This document shows, one piece after another, positions 9,452-20,600 of a DNA stretch of 64,000 nt; positions within the stretch are counted from its first letter, which is position 1, and each line of letters opens with the position of its first letter. The position numbers and the translations under genes were made by a program. The stretch lies in the IMG/VR virus record IMGVR_UViG_3300034112_000721, positions 1 to 64,000 of that record. One strand, given 5' to 3'. The stretch is from a virus. The notes below the pieces were generated by a model. That model saw nothing but the letters and a program-made list of their open reading frames with translations, searched no databases and was not told the origin of the DNA.

Positions 9452-10648
9452 ATGCCAAAGAAAATTGCTGAATGTACAAAGGCGCACTTAGTTAGTGTGC
9501 CTCTACCAAATCATGGTGCTACTTATACTGTAATTAGTCACCAATCTGTTATGGATTATGTATATACTGAGCTTGCTGCTGCAGGTTTCAGTGTTGTTCA
9601 TGAAGAGTATAGATGTACTGCTGATGGACAAATTGCTCATGGGATTTATAAGTTAAACTTTAATAACGATCCTGAGCTGTCAATGATGTTTGCTTGGACA
9701 AACAGCTATAACAAACAAGTAAGATTTAAGTGTGGTGTTGGTGGTTATATTAACTTGACCGGAACAACTATGGTTTGTGGAGATATGGGAAGCTGGGCCA
9801 GAAAACATACTGGAACAGCTGATGAAGAGACAATTAAAACCATACAAGATCAAATAGCTAATGCACATATGTATTATAACCAACTTTGTGCAGACAAAGA
9901 GTCTATGAAGGGTATCACACTGAACAAGAGAAAGCAAGCTCAATTATTGGGTATCTTGTTTGCAGAGTATCAGATTCTTACTACAGAGCAAGCTAGTATT
10001 GTAAGACAACAAATGGACAGACCTAGTCATGTCTATGTAGATAGTAACAGCTTGTGGGCATTCTACAACTTTGTAACTATTGCTCTACAGCATTCACATC
10101 CTAAGACTTGGATGGAAGATCAACGTGTCTTGCATTATTTTATTTCAACTGTTAATAACTTTCAACAGTGCAACACATCTGCACAGATAGTTGCACCTAT
10201 TCCAACAGATATTACAGCTGAGACACCTGTAGTTAATCCTAATCAGGTAGACCTGGAAGATTTAATTGCTATTGCAGAAGCAGAACAAGCTATGTCAGAA
10301 ACAATAGTAACTTATACTGATCCGGTTGGAAATACTTTTGAAGCTCCTGTAGTTAATGAGAGTGACCCAGAAGATGAAGAGGAAGATCTAAATGATTGGG
10401 TAAATCTTCCAGTAGAAGAATTAGCTAAGCCAGAAGATTTTCCTGGATATGAGCCTGCAGATGACCAAGAATATACTTGTGAGAATGCATCTTATATGAG
10501 TTTAGAAGTATCTCCAGAAGATAGAGAACAAGCAGAATTAGATGTTATTAAGTTTGATGAGAAAGATGCATCAGAAGATGCAAATTTAGATGACTTAATA
10601 TTTAATATTGAAGATGAAGATGAGGATGACTCATCAGATTTCTTCTAA
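9452..10648 (+). CDS. DUF932-like protein with long acidic tail
   Basis: TYTVISH, WTNSYNKQ, RKHTG and SLWAFYNFVT motifs. The last ~130 aa are D/E-rich and end in SSDFF. Confidence 0.7.
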   Translation: MPKKIAECTKAHLVSVPLPNHGATYTVISHQSVMDYVYTELAAAGFSVVHEEYRCTADGQIAHGIYKLNFNNDPELSMMFAWTNSYNKQVRFKCGVGGYINLTGTTMVCGDMGSWARKHTGTADEETIKTIQDQIANAHMYYNQLCADKESMKGITLNKRKQAQLLGILFAEYQILTTEQASIVRQQMDRPSHVYVDSNSLWAFYNFVTIALQHSHPKTWMEDQRVLHYFISTVNNFQQCNTSAQIVAPIPTDITAETPVVNPNQVDLEDLIAIAEAEQAMSETIVTYTDPVGNTFEAPVVNESDPEDEEEDLNDWVNLPVEELAKPEDFPGYEPADDQEYTCENASYMSLEVSPEDREQAELDVIKFDEKDASEDANLDDLIFNIEDEDEDDSSDFF

Positions 10649-10685
10649 GAGCCTATAGTAAATAGGGTTAATAATCACAAGTAAG

Positions 10686-10720
10686 ATGGGGATGGCTTCG
10701 GCTGTCCCCATTTTTTTTTT
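10686..10720 (+). terminator. Rho-independent terminator
   Basis: ATGGGGATGGC-TTCG-GCTGTCCCCAT stem with a C(UUCG)G tetraloop followed by T10. Confidence 0.9.
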
Positions 10721-10731
10721 AAATTTACAGT

Positions 10732-11142
10732 ATGAAAGAACAATTAAAAGCAGTGGCTGAGTTCCACAAAGCATTTGGCCAGAAAGATGGTAAGTGGCCA
10801 AGACCATTAGAAAGAAATGATTATAATCTTAGACATGCCCTAATGGAAGAAGAGAACAATGAGTACCTAGAGGCTTGTGAGAAAAACTCTCTTGTAGAAA
10901 TAGCTGATGCTTTAGGGGATCAGTTGTATATCTTATGTGGTACTATTCTAAGACATGGTATGCAAGATGTAATTATAGATGTATTCAATGAAATACAAGC
11001 TAGTAATATGAGTAAGTTGGGTCCTGACGGTAAGCCAATTATTAGAGAAGATGGAAAAATATTAAAAGGGCCTGAGTATTTTAAGCCAGATCTTAGTAAA
11101 TTTATAAACCAACAATATGAAGAAAAAAGTAATGAAGATTAA
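10732..11142 (+). CDS. MazG-like NTP pyrophosphohydrolase (PRA-PH/DR2231-like)
   Basis: VAEFHKAF, EEENNEY, EIADALGDQLY, SNMSKL and GKILKG motifs. Confidence 0.85.
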   Translation: MKEQLKAVAEFHKAFGQKDGKWPRPLERNDYNLRHALMEEENNEYLEACEKNSLVEIADALGDQLYILCGTILRHGMQDVIIDVFNEIQASNMSKLGPDGKPIIREDGKILKGPEYFKPDLSKFINQQYEEKSNED

Positions 11143-11311
11143 CTTTAATAATGAAGATCTATATATTAGATTTGTTTCAAGTGATCAAAAGTATGTTCTT
11201 GTTAGTAAGAAGAAAGAAATTCCAGAACTAGTATTTAAGATTGATATTTGTGATCTTGTAGATGTAGATTTAGATAAACTTAAAAAGTTTAATAAGAAAG
11301 GGAAGAAATAA
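11117..11311 (+). CDS. Small hypothetical protein
   Basis: 64-aa ORF ending inside the convergent terminator. The start could alternatively be the second Met. Confidence 0.55.
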   Translation: MKKKVMKINFNNEDLYIRFVSSDQKYVLVSKKKEIPELVFKIDICDLVDVDLDKLKKFNKKGKK

Positions 11312-11325
11312 TCTTCCCTTTTTTT
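11294..11325. terminator. Bidirectional terminator between the convergent arms
   Basis: AAAGGGAAGA-AATAA-TCTTCCCTTT stem flanked by A-rich and T-rich tracts, between stop codons at 11311 (+) and 11324 (-). Confidence 0.85.
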
Positions 11326-14300
11326 ATCTAAAGAAACTTGATTCAAATGCTTTTACAGCCTGATCAGGATTGAGTGTGTTACCCGTTACACCCATTAATT
11401 TTAAGAAATAAGCCCAAGTTTTGCTATCACCTTTTTCCCAGGGACCAGTTTTTCTTTTATAATAATTTGCTTCATCATCAAAAACACCAACAACAAATTG
11501 TTTTATAAAACTAATAAACCTATCAATACTATTTGTTGCTGCTGACGGAGATTTAACAATCCTCCACAAGTCAGGCCAGCCAACTACAGGCAAATAAGCT
11601 GCAGTCTCACTTCTCATTCTCAAGGCTTGATATAACATATAATTATAACCCATAGATTTTTTAAGATCATCATCATCTCCTGCCATAGCATGTAATGCTG
11701 CAACAAGTGCATATAGTGCAAGTACAAAACTTACTTCATAAAGAGTTCTTTTGATCTGTGCTTTTTCAAATGAAGTATATCCACTCCAGTTTTTAATGAC
11801 ATTAAATTTAAAATCTCTGAGATCTCTAATAAATGTTTTCCAAAAAGTCACATAGTAACCCTCTGTTGGTGAACCAAGTTCAACATCCATACCTGCTCTC
11901 TTAAACCTTTTTTTGTATGACGGAATAAGATATTTTCTATACATTAATGCAAGTCTGCCTAGAGTGTATCTTTGAGCTACTGACTGATCAAAACTATTAT
12001 AAACACCATGCATTCTTTTGTTTAATGCATGCAATCTATTTTGTAAATCTAGCTTTTGTTTTTTAGTGTAACTTGTTTTATTATAGACATCTTCCATACC
12101 ATACTTTTTGTATGCCTGATATAATGTCATTTCTTTACCTGTTGCATTATCAGTTACCTTCTCTCTATCCATTAGCGCAAACATCATAGCTGTTTGAATT
12201 TCATATTCCCCAGCATGCATGTTTACAAACAGAGTATTAGTTCTGAAAAGCTTATTTGCTAATGAACCAGTTATTGTTTGACCATACATATCTTTAAACT
12301 CTCCTTGTAAAGGATCAAACTCTTCTATTATTTGTCCTTCTAGAGTTACTGCAACACCTTTTCCAAAGTCCTTAAGAAAATTACCTCCAATTAAATATAA
12401 ATTTGCTGCAGCTTTACCTTTTGCATAATTTTTAAAATCTATGAATTCTGCAGAAGCAGCCTCAAGAATAACTTGAATATTTGCTTGTAAGTTATTTGCT
12501 ACACCCTTCATAAGATCAGCAGCCAGAGTTGTTAATGCTGAGTAAGACATGATTGTATCAGAGATTTTTGAAATATTATATCCAAATAAAGTTTCTTTCT
12601 TTCTCATCTCACCATACACAATCATATCTATAAAAGCATCTAGATGTAACTCAGAATATGGTGTACCATTTAAATTTATATAGCTTTCATAACCAAGTTT
12701 TTTTGCGACACTATCTAATATAGGTTTTCCTTCAGATGTTGTAGCTCTTATTTTTCTACCACCTATTATACTTTTAAGTAACTTAGTCTCTGAGTGAATA
12801 CCATTAAGTGCCTCAAAATTATTTACAGACTGACTAAATAATAAAACAGATCTTAATAAGTTAAGACTTGTTTCAGATGCGTCCATTGGTTCAATGTATC
12901 TAATTGGTATAAGTTTAACAGCACCCTCTCCAGAAAGTGTTGATGTCATAAACTCATAGTCATTTGCAGTAAATTGAAAAGCCTCTTTAAATTCTGTCTT
13001 ACCAGCTTTAATAATATTATCAATCATCCTCTCACCTTTTGTCTTTAAAACTGAAGGCAAGAAGTATCCTATCCTAGAAAACTCTGGTATTTTATCCTGC
13101 TGGCTAAAATATACATCAGTTAAAGCTTTGTGGTACTTACCTTTTGCGTTTTTGGGAACACCATTTTCATCATACAATGCAGACCATTTTCTAGATATAT
13201 ACTTATTAGATGGAGTTGATAGTTCTCTCATATATACTAAAGAACCATCAAGTTTTTCATATACAACAGATTTTACCCATTTATTATATTCATCTTCTGT
13301 AATTATCTTTCTCTTAAGCTGATTCTTCTTATAAGCAACTATTTCTTTTCTTTCTTCCTCTGAAATAGGTTGAGTATTTTCACTGTACCAATCTCTTTCA
13401 GCTGCAAGATATGCGGCCATGTCTTCACTCCCTCTTTGGGGTCTTTTACCAAGTTTTTTATAAAACTCTATTCTATCATTCTCAAACTTAACAATATCAT
13501 ATTTCTGAACAAATGCTGCTCTATCCATGAATATAACATTTCCACTTTCATCTTTCTTTACATTTCCATCTGCATCTCTAAGTGGAACTCTTAGTATTTC
13601 ATATAAACCCTCATTAAATTTTTTAGGATTATCTCTTGAACCAGGAGCAACCCTTTGATACTCATTAAATGCTTTTTGCAGTTCTCTTTGTATCTTAATA
13701 TCTTTCATTCTAGCATCTTCAAGCTCTGTCTTAACAGCTCTAGCAAATAAAGCTATTACACTGTCATTAGAACTTATAAGTGGAGTAAAGAGATAATCAA
13801 TCAATGATTCATCTCTTACTGCTTCTTTAAGAAATTTAATAAGATTAGCTTTATCTAGAGTAAAATTTTGCCACTCATTAATTTGATCCTGTAACTCTTT
13901 AGTTCTTTTAGCAATAAACTCAGGTTTATTTTTTGGATTATTCTTTACATCTTCTATTCTCTGCTTATATTTTTCAATTTGCTCAGAGATTTTTTCTTCT
14001 ATTGATGCAGGAGCATAATCTAAAAGAAAGTCTGCCATTAACTCAATACCCTGATTATTTACTTGTGATTTAATTCTATTTCTAGTATTTATTGCAAATG
14101 TCAATTTATCCTGGGCAGTTAATTGATCAGATGACTTTTTCATTATTTCCTCTACAGAACCTGAAAAATAATTATCTATATCTGATGCATCTATATCATC
14201 TAATATATTATAGTTATTTGCATATTCTAGTAATGCAACAAGTGAATCTATAGCTTCTTTTCTATTTATTCTATTATTCTGAATTCTTTTTAATACTTTA

Positions 14301-14695
14301 CCCATTAATTCATAGGCTTGATTTGCCTGATTATATGCGTACTCAACAAATGCATTTATAGATTCTAGATTCTCTAGTTCTGACATATTTTTTTGAAGCT
14401 TTTTAAGCTCATCAATTTTTTCAGACTTTAGAGTTGTTTCTGTTCTTTGCAGTATCTCAATTTTATTTTGAAGATATATTCTTAGTCTTTGTACTAAGTC
14501 TGAGAATGAGTCTGTTTTTTCTTCTGGCTCAAACTCTTCTTGTGCCATTTCTATATCATCAGTTTGTGGCTCTGATCCACCATCACCTTCTTGGTCATAC
14601 TCTGTTGTCCAGATTCTCATGGCCTCTTCTTCATTGCCATTAGCTCTGTTCATTGCATCTTTCCACTCTTTGCTATTTTTATTAGGACACGACAT
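11324..14695 (-). CDS. Large internal/ejected virion protein (~1123 aa)
   Basis: The likely start is the ATG at 14695, overlapping the upstream stop as TAATG (MSCPNKN...). Helical/coiled-coil, with a C-terminal hydrophobic segment VSFVLALYALVAALHAMAG. Last gene of the cargo cluster. Confidence 0.7.
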   Translation of the reverse strand: MSCPNKNSKEWKDAMNRANGNEEEAMRIWTTEYDQEGDGGSEPQTDDIEMAQEEFEPEEKTDSFSDLVQRLRIYLQNKIEILQRTETTLKSEKIDELKKLQKNMSELENLESINAFVEYAYNQANQAYELMGKVLKRIQNNRINRKEAIDSLVALLEYANNYNILDDIDASDIDNYFSGSVEEIMKKSSDQLTAQDKLTFAINTRNRIKSQVNNQGIELMADFLLDYAPASIEEKISEQIEKYKQRIEDVKNNPKNKPEFIAKRTKELQDQINEWQNFTLDKANLIKFLKEAVRDESLIDYLFTPLISSNDSVIALFARAVKTELEDARMKDIKIQRELQKAFNEYQRVAPGSRDNPKKFNEGLYEILRVPLRDADGNVKKDESGNVIFMDRAAFVQKYDIVKFENDRIEFYKKLGKRPQRGSEDMAAYLAAERDWYSENTQPISEEERKEIVAYKKNQLKRKIITEDEYNKWVKSVVYEKLDGSLVYMRELSTPSNKYISRKWSALYDENGVPKNAKGKYHKALTDVYFSQQDKIPEFSRIGYFLPSVLKTKGERMIDNIIKAGKTEFKEAFQFTANDYEFMTSTLSGEGAVKLIPIRYIEPMDASETSLNLLRSVLLFSQSVNNFEALNGIHSETKLLKSIIGGRKIRATTSEGKPILDSVAKKLGYESYINLNGTPYSELHLDAFIDMIVYGEMRKKETLFGYNISKISDTIMSYSALTTLAADLMKGVANNLQANIQVILEAASAEFIDFKNYAKGKAAANLYLIGGNFLKDFGKGVAVTLEGQIIEEFDPLQGEFKDMYGQTITGSLANKLFRTNTLFVNMHAGEYEIQTAMMFALMDREKVTDNATGKEMTLYQAYKKYGMEDVYNKTSYTKKQKLDLQNRLHALNKRMHGVYNSFDQSVAQRYTLGRLALMYRKYLIPSYKKRFKRAGMDVELGSPTEGYYVTFWKTFIRDLRDFKFNVIKNWSGYTSFEKAQIKRTLYEVSFVLALYALVAALHAMAGDDDDLKKSMGYNYMLYQALRMRSETAAYLPVVGWPDLWRIVKSPSAATNSIDRFISFIKQFVVGVFDDEANYYKRKTGPWEKGDSKTWAYFLKLMGVTGNTLNPDQAVKAFESSFFR

Positions 14696-17600
14696 TAGCA
14701 CAAATTTTTATTAATTATAATTCTAAGTTCATTTAGTTCCTCTTCACTATTTACATTCTCTGCACGATCTATTATATCATTTACATCTATACCTTTATTG
14801 GCTAGTACTAGATCTATTCTGTATTCTTTGATTTGACTGTTCAAAGTATTAATGAATTTTGTAATACTATCTTTTCCAACAGGTGTTTGTGGTAATATAT
14901 CAGAAACAATATTTCCAGTTGTAAGATCTATGTTACGAAGATATATACTACCTGTGTCAATATCAACTAGATTGTATAAATTATTCTCAGATAGAACATA
15001 TTTGTTAGTGCCTTCACTACTTTCATAGATGAATTCTTTTGGATAAACTCCATTTGTTCTTGCTAGTTCTTCATTGAATAGTCCTATGACAGGGTTATTT
15101 TCCGGGCTTAATCTCTGTTGTACAGTGGTCATTTGCTGGATCTTTCCTGCAGGTGTAATTCCAAAGACATACCTTGTAGCATCACCCTTTATAAAGTTCT
15201 GCATGAACCTATTGTTGTTTGTGTAGTCACTCCAGTTTTTAAATCCTTCTGCTTTAGCAAAGCTGTCCTTACTTCTTACAAAAGATTTGTTTGTCTTTTC
15301 GTTTGTGATTACTACCGAATTACCAACTACCCGTGCAATACCATAATATTTTATTTTTACTTGTTGTGTATCACCAGCAAGATATGTATCATCTGCAATA
15401 AGTTCTGTTCTAGTAGTAATTACTTTACTACCATCTAGTACTTTAGCGATGTTTGTATTTGATAGTGGTAACTGAGCTGTTGTTTTAGAAGCTACTGTTC
15501 CAGGTTCTTGTATTGTTTCAGCTTTTGTTTCTATTTGAATAGTAGGTTGAGTAGACAATATAGACTCTAATAATTTAAATTGTTCTTCTGATAATATATT
15601 TTTTAAATAATATCCAGCTTTTGGTGTTGCCATATAAAGTTCAGTAAGAACAGGTATAATCTCATCTTTATTACCTTTAGCTAATTCTCTTTTTAGATAA
15701 TTTCCACTATCTATACCGTAATATTCATTCTCATCTCTAGCAACTTCATCAAAAGCTTTTATTATTAACTCTACTTGCTTATCTGATAGATCAATGCCAG
15801 GATTATCAAAACTGTGAGCAGCTTCGTGTATTAATAAAGATTCTAATTTAAAATCTCTATATTTTTCGTCATTAAAAAATATTACATTAGTATTAGCAGG
15901 TAATCCTTTATACTCTAAAAAAGCATCTATATATTTTCTATACTTTGGATTTATTTGAAATCCATGTAAAATTGATTCTGGATTAAAAGGATTTTGACCT
16001 GAAGCTTTTCTTATTGATCTATAAAATTCTGAAAGATTATCAATATACTCCTTGGATCCCTCAACTCCACCTTTTCTATTATATATAGTATCTTGTAATA
16101 CCATATCATAAACTACAGAACCAAAAGAAGCAATAGCAGAAATATTTGCTTTATTAAATAGATCTTTATTTCTATCTATTATTCCTAAAATTGGTGTAGA
16201 GTTACCATATTTATCTAACAAAACTTTAATTTCTCCTACTGGTTGTACTGTAGGTTGAGTAGATATGGGTTCTGAAAATTTAAAGTCATAAGTAGAAGTT
16301 GTGTTTTCTAAAAATTCCCCTACTTTCAAGGGATTTTTTTGAATTGATTTTATTACTTTTCCATTTTCTATTATAACATTTATCACAGTACCGCCATCAT
16401 AACCTTTAATATTTAGAGTGACATTATAACCATTTTCTGTTTTTTCTATTTTTCTTATAGTACCTGTATTGGTTACTGTCTTATATTTTAATTTAGATGT
16501 CCGTGTAATGATGTCCCCTACTTTATTTAGTAATTGATTTTCAGACAGTCCAGGTGCTTGAGTAGGTTTAATGACTTCAAATTCTATTGCTGCAGCACCG
16601 TCTTTAAATCTATCTATTACATTTACATCTTCCGCTCTCCAACCTTCTTTATTCCAAGTTCCTTTAAATCCAGGTGTTCCTTTAGGATGAATAGCAGTTA
16701 CTCTAGCTAAAATATTTTTAGTTGTACCATCTGCTGATTTACCAAAGTGTTTGATTATATCTCCAACTTTAACAGCATACTTAGACATTTCACTTTCACT
16801 TCTTGTAGTTCTGGTTCTAAACCCAGCCTCTATCATATCTATAGAATGTGGATTTGCCCCAAGTGCTTTAATTACTTCAGAATTTGCAGTAACTGTAGAA
16901 CCAAAGGATTCTATTCCAGATACTTTGTTTTGTGGTATATCAGCTACAGTAGCTTGGGTAGGTTGTTGAAACTCTTCATCTTCAAAAGTTATTTCTGTTT
17001 CTTCTGCAGGCAATACTTTTGGTATATACTGAGAATACTCAGTATCTGTTACTGTAAAATCTATAAACCTTCTATTATTTGGATCTGTTATTTTATCTAA
17101 TACAAAATCATATGTTTTATTATTGTCATAGTTGTTCTTAAATAAATCTCCCGCAGCTTTCATTATCTTTAGATAATCATCCTGTGGAAGAACATTATCA
17201 AAACCATTAAGTGTTTTACCTACACCATGCTGATAAATCATTAATAGTGGGAACAACTTGAATATTCTACTGAGTCTCTCATTCTCTTCAGGACTTGTTT
17301 CAGTATTTTTTACTTTCTGAATCTTTGCATTGCCCAGTTGTTTTAATTCTGAAGCATAAAGAGTTGCTGTGTTACCATCTATTACATCTCTGTTAGTTAG
17401 AGTAAGAATGCTTTTATTTGCACCAGCTTCTACATATTTTCTTATCTGATCTATTATAGAGAATTGTCTTGACAATGTTGATCTGTGTTTGTCAATAGTT
17501 CTCATTACTAGGTCACTATAAGAATACTTCCCGGGATTTATAATTACACCAGGATTAAATGTATTAATTAAAGCAAACTGATTTAACTCATCACCTCTAA

Positions 17601-20600
17601 GACCTTTCTGAAATAGATTTTCTCTTTCAAGTACATATCTAATGTAACTTTCCTCTGTAGGAAATAGATCATTTTCATTTGAAGGAAATGCTTCTAAACC
17701 TTGTCTTTCTGTATAGCTTTCCGCACTTGTACTTGTATCCAAATATCTTTTATTAGTATAGTCCTCTCTTATTCTATTTTGATTAATTAAGAAAACACCA
17801 TCTTTTATAGTTACATCTGTGTCAATAGAATTATCTATTTTAACTTCTTGTTGTCTATACTTGTTTGGTATCATTACAAACTTACCATCCTCAAATACTG
17901 TATTAGACAAATAGTTTTGAAATACAAATGTTTTTAAACCTGATTTAAAATCTCTATTGAATCTAGTAAGACCTTCTTGTGTTGCTTTATATTTTTTTGA
18001 GTCAACTATTTTTTCAAGTTTGCTATTACCTTCATAGCCACCCATGGCATCCAACAAGAATCTATTTACTTTAGGTCCATTGATTAAATCCATCATTGGC
18101 ATAAAGATTTTCTCAATAATATCCTTATCACCAAATGATGCAATAATACTTTCTTCTAAAACACCCTTTGCAGTTTCTAAGTCAATCTTAGAGTTATCAA
18201 ATGCTAAATCAACATCTAACTCTCTTTTAATTGCTTCCTGTGGAGTCCTAAGATTTCTAACATCTGGTTTAGATAGATTCTTTAATGCATTTATACCCCT
18301 TAACTGGTTTTCTATTTCTACATAGTGAGCTAACATTGCAAGAGATTTTGTCAATTGTTCTGGAGATAGCTCACCCTTTTTCTGAATCATCTCAAACATA
18401 CTATTCTTGTCAAAACTTCCACGTCTTAAGACACCAGGTATATTTGATAAGAATGATGATACAGCATATACATTTTTATTTGAGGGTATGAAGTTTCTAT
18501 AAATTACTTGTGCTACTCCTTCTGCTTTAACTAAATTAAGATTTGGAGCTAATGTTGGTAATTGATTTATAAAATTACCTTTTGTAATTTTTTCAGAAAC
18601 TTTTTCTGGTGCATCTGTAACAGGATTCTTTCTAAAATATTCTATAGTAAGTTCAGTACTATCAGAAAGTGATTTAATTCTGTCTAATATAAATCTCTCT
18701 TTATATTTATCAAATACTTGTTTTGCAGATTCATATTTAAGAGCAGGAGCTAGTTCTGGTGCTACACCAGAAGCTCTTCCAAAAACTCCACCTTTGAGTC
18801 TTTGATTTTCTGTATACTCTCTAATTAATGGATTAGATATAAAATAAACTGCATCTTCAGGACTAACCCCAGCTTCAGTGAGATATAAAAACACAGGAAG
18901 TGCTTGAACATTACCCTGAATATAGAATATCCAAGGATTGGTTTCAACATCCACAGTACCATTTAAAGCTTGTGAAAATATCTCAGCTATTTTATAAATA
19001 TTATCATTAGTGTAAATATTTGACAAAGAGATATGTCCATCTATTTCATTATGTGGCAAAAATAATCTTACATCAAATACTGCCTTACTTTTCTTACTCT
19101 CTACATACCTTCCATATTTCTTTTTATATTCTGCCGGTTTATATTTCTTAGGCATCTTAGCCCCTATAGAAGTATATAATGGATTTAATGCATTTTGATT
19201 TGCTACAATACCAAGTCCCCGCTTACCTTCCAAGTTTTGAGCATGCTTTTCTACATTTGTTAAAGGCTCAAATATTGATGTTGGAGATGCATACTTAGTA
19301 CCCTTTTTAGAAACATTTGGTTTCTCATCATTTACTTTAGCATACTTATCTCTTGTACTTACAAGATCTTGTAATTTAATTGCAATGTCTTCTAGGATTG
19401 ATGTGTCATTAGGAGTTACTAGTGAGGCATAGTTTTCTTCTATCTCTAATATACTTTTGATAGTTTCAATAAACTCATTCTCTGCTGCTTTCTTTTGCGT
19501 ACTAATAACATCCTTTGGATTTTTTTCCTGGTTCTCTAATGCACTTACTTCTTTAAAGAAATTTTGATTAGAGATACTTGATCTAACATAACTACCATCT
19601 TTATTTATATTTGGAAAGAATGTAGTTAACTTATCAACGTCAAAGTCAGATCCTGATTTTGCAACTATTTCTGTTGGTGGAATAATCATGTTTACTGCAG
19701 AAGGATCTAAGAATTCATAGACTTCCATAAATTCCATAGAGTTTAGACCTTGTACTGGTATTCTTACTGCAGTTAATGTAACAGACTTTCTATTGTCAGC
19801 AATATCTAACCAAGCATCTTCCTTAATCATTGCATTTAACCTATCAATAGTCTTGATTGGTTGACCATCTAAATGTTGAAGATTTAATAAATTAAAGAAA
19901 TCACCTTGTAATGTAATGGCAACTTTCATTGATAATGTCTTACCATCTTTACCTTTAGTATAGAAAGGTAAACCATTAGTTCCCAAATATTTCTTGCGTG
20001 CAGCTTCAAGTTCCTCTTTAGACAAGTTTGCAAACTTGTTTCCCTGAGTAACATCCCAGGTTCCATTCCACATACTATTTGCTACCTGTACAAGTGCATC
20101 ACCGTTTACTTTTTGCCTAACAAGTCTTTTCTCAATAAGAGACATTACTATATTCTCTATAGTTTCTGTATCTAAGAAATATGATAGATCATACTGCAAT
20201 GTTCCATCAGAATTAGTTTTGAGTTGATCTATTAAATGTTGAGGATAGTCTTTGGCTTTTAAGTTAGTTTGAATTAGTTTTAAAAATTTAGAAGGGTTAC
20301 CAATATAAGTTCCAGATTCATCTTTTCTGTATCCTATTTCATTCTCTAATTCTTTTCTTACTAATTCATTATAGAAATTAACTAGTGATTCATATTTATT
20401 ACCAAGTTCTTTTGCTTTATCAGATACATACTGACCATTTTCCTTTAATCCTTCTAATATTAATTTTCTTAACTGTGTTGAGAATATTACTTTACCCTTA
20501 GATTTAGATGGTACAGATGTTGCTTCTTTAATAAATGCTGCATTTATTCTGTTATTTGTAAAAGTCACACTTTCTTTTAGTGCTTTTCCTCCATCTTCAA

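Noticed and set aside
14696-14701. ORF-track start at 14701 (MLMSC...)
   Set aside because: The ATG at 14695 overlaps the upstream stop as TAATG, like other coupled genes, and is the more plausible start.
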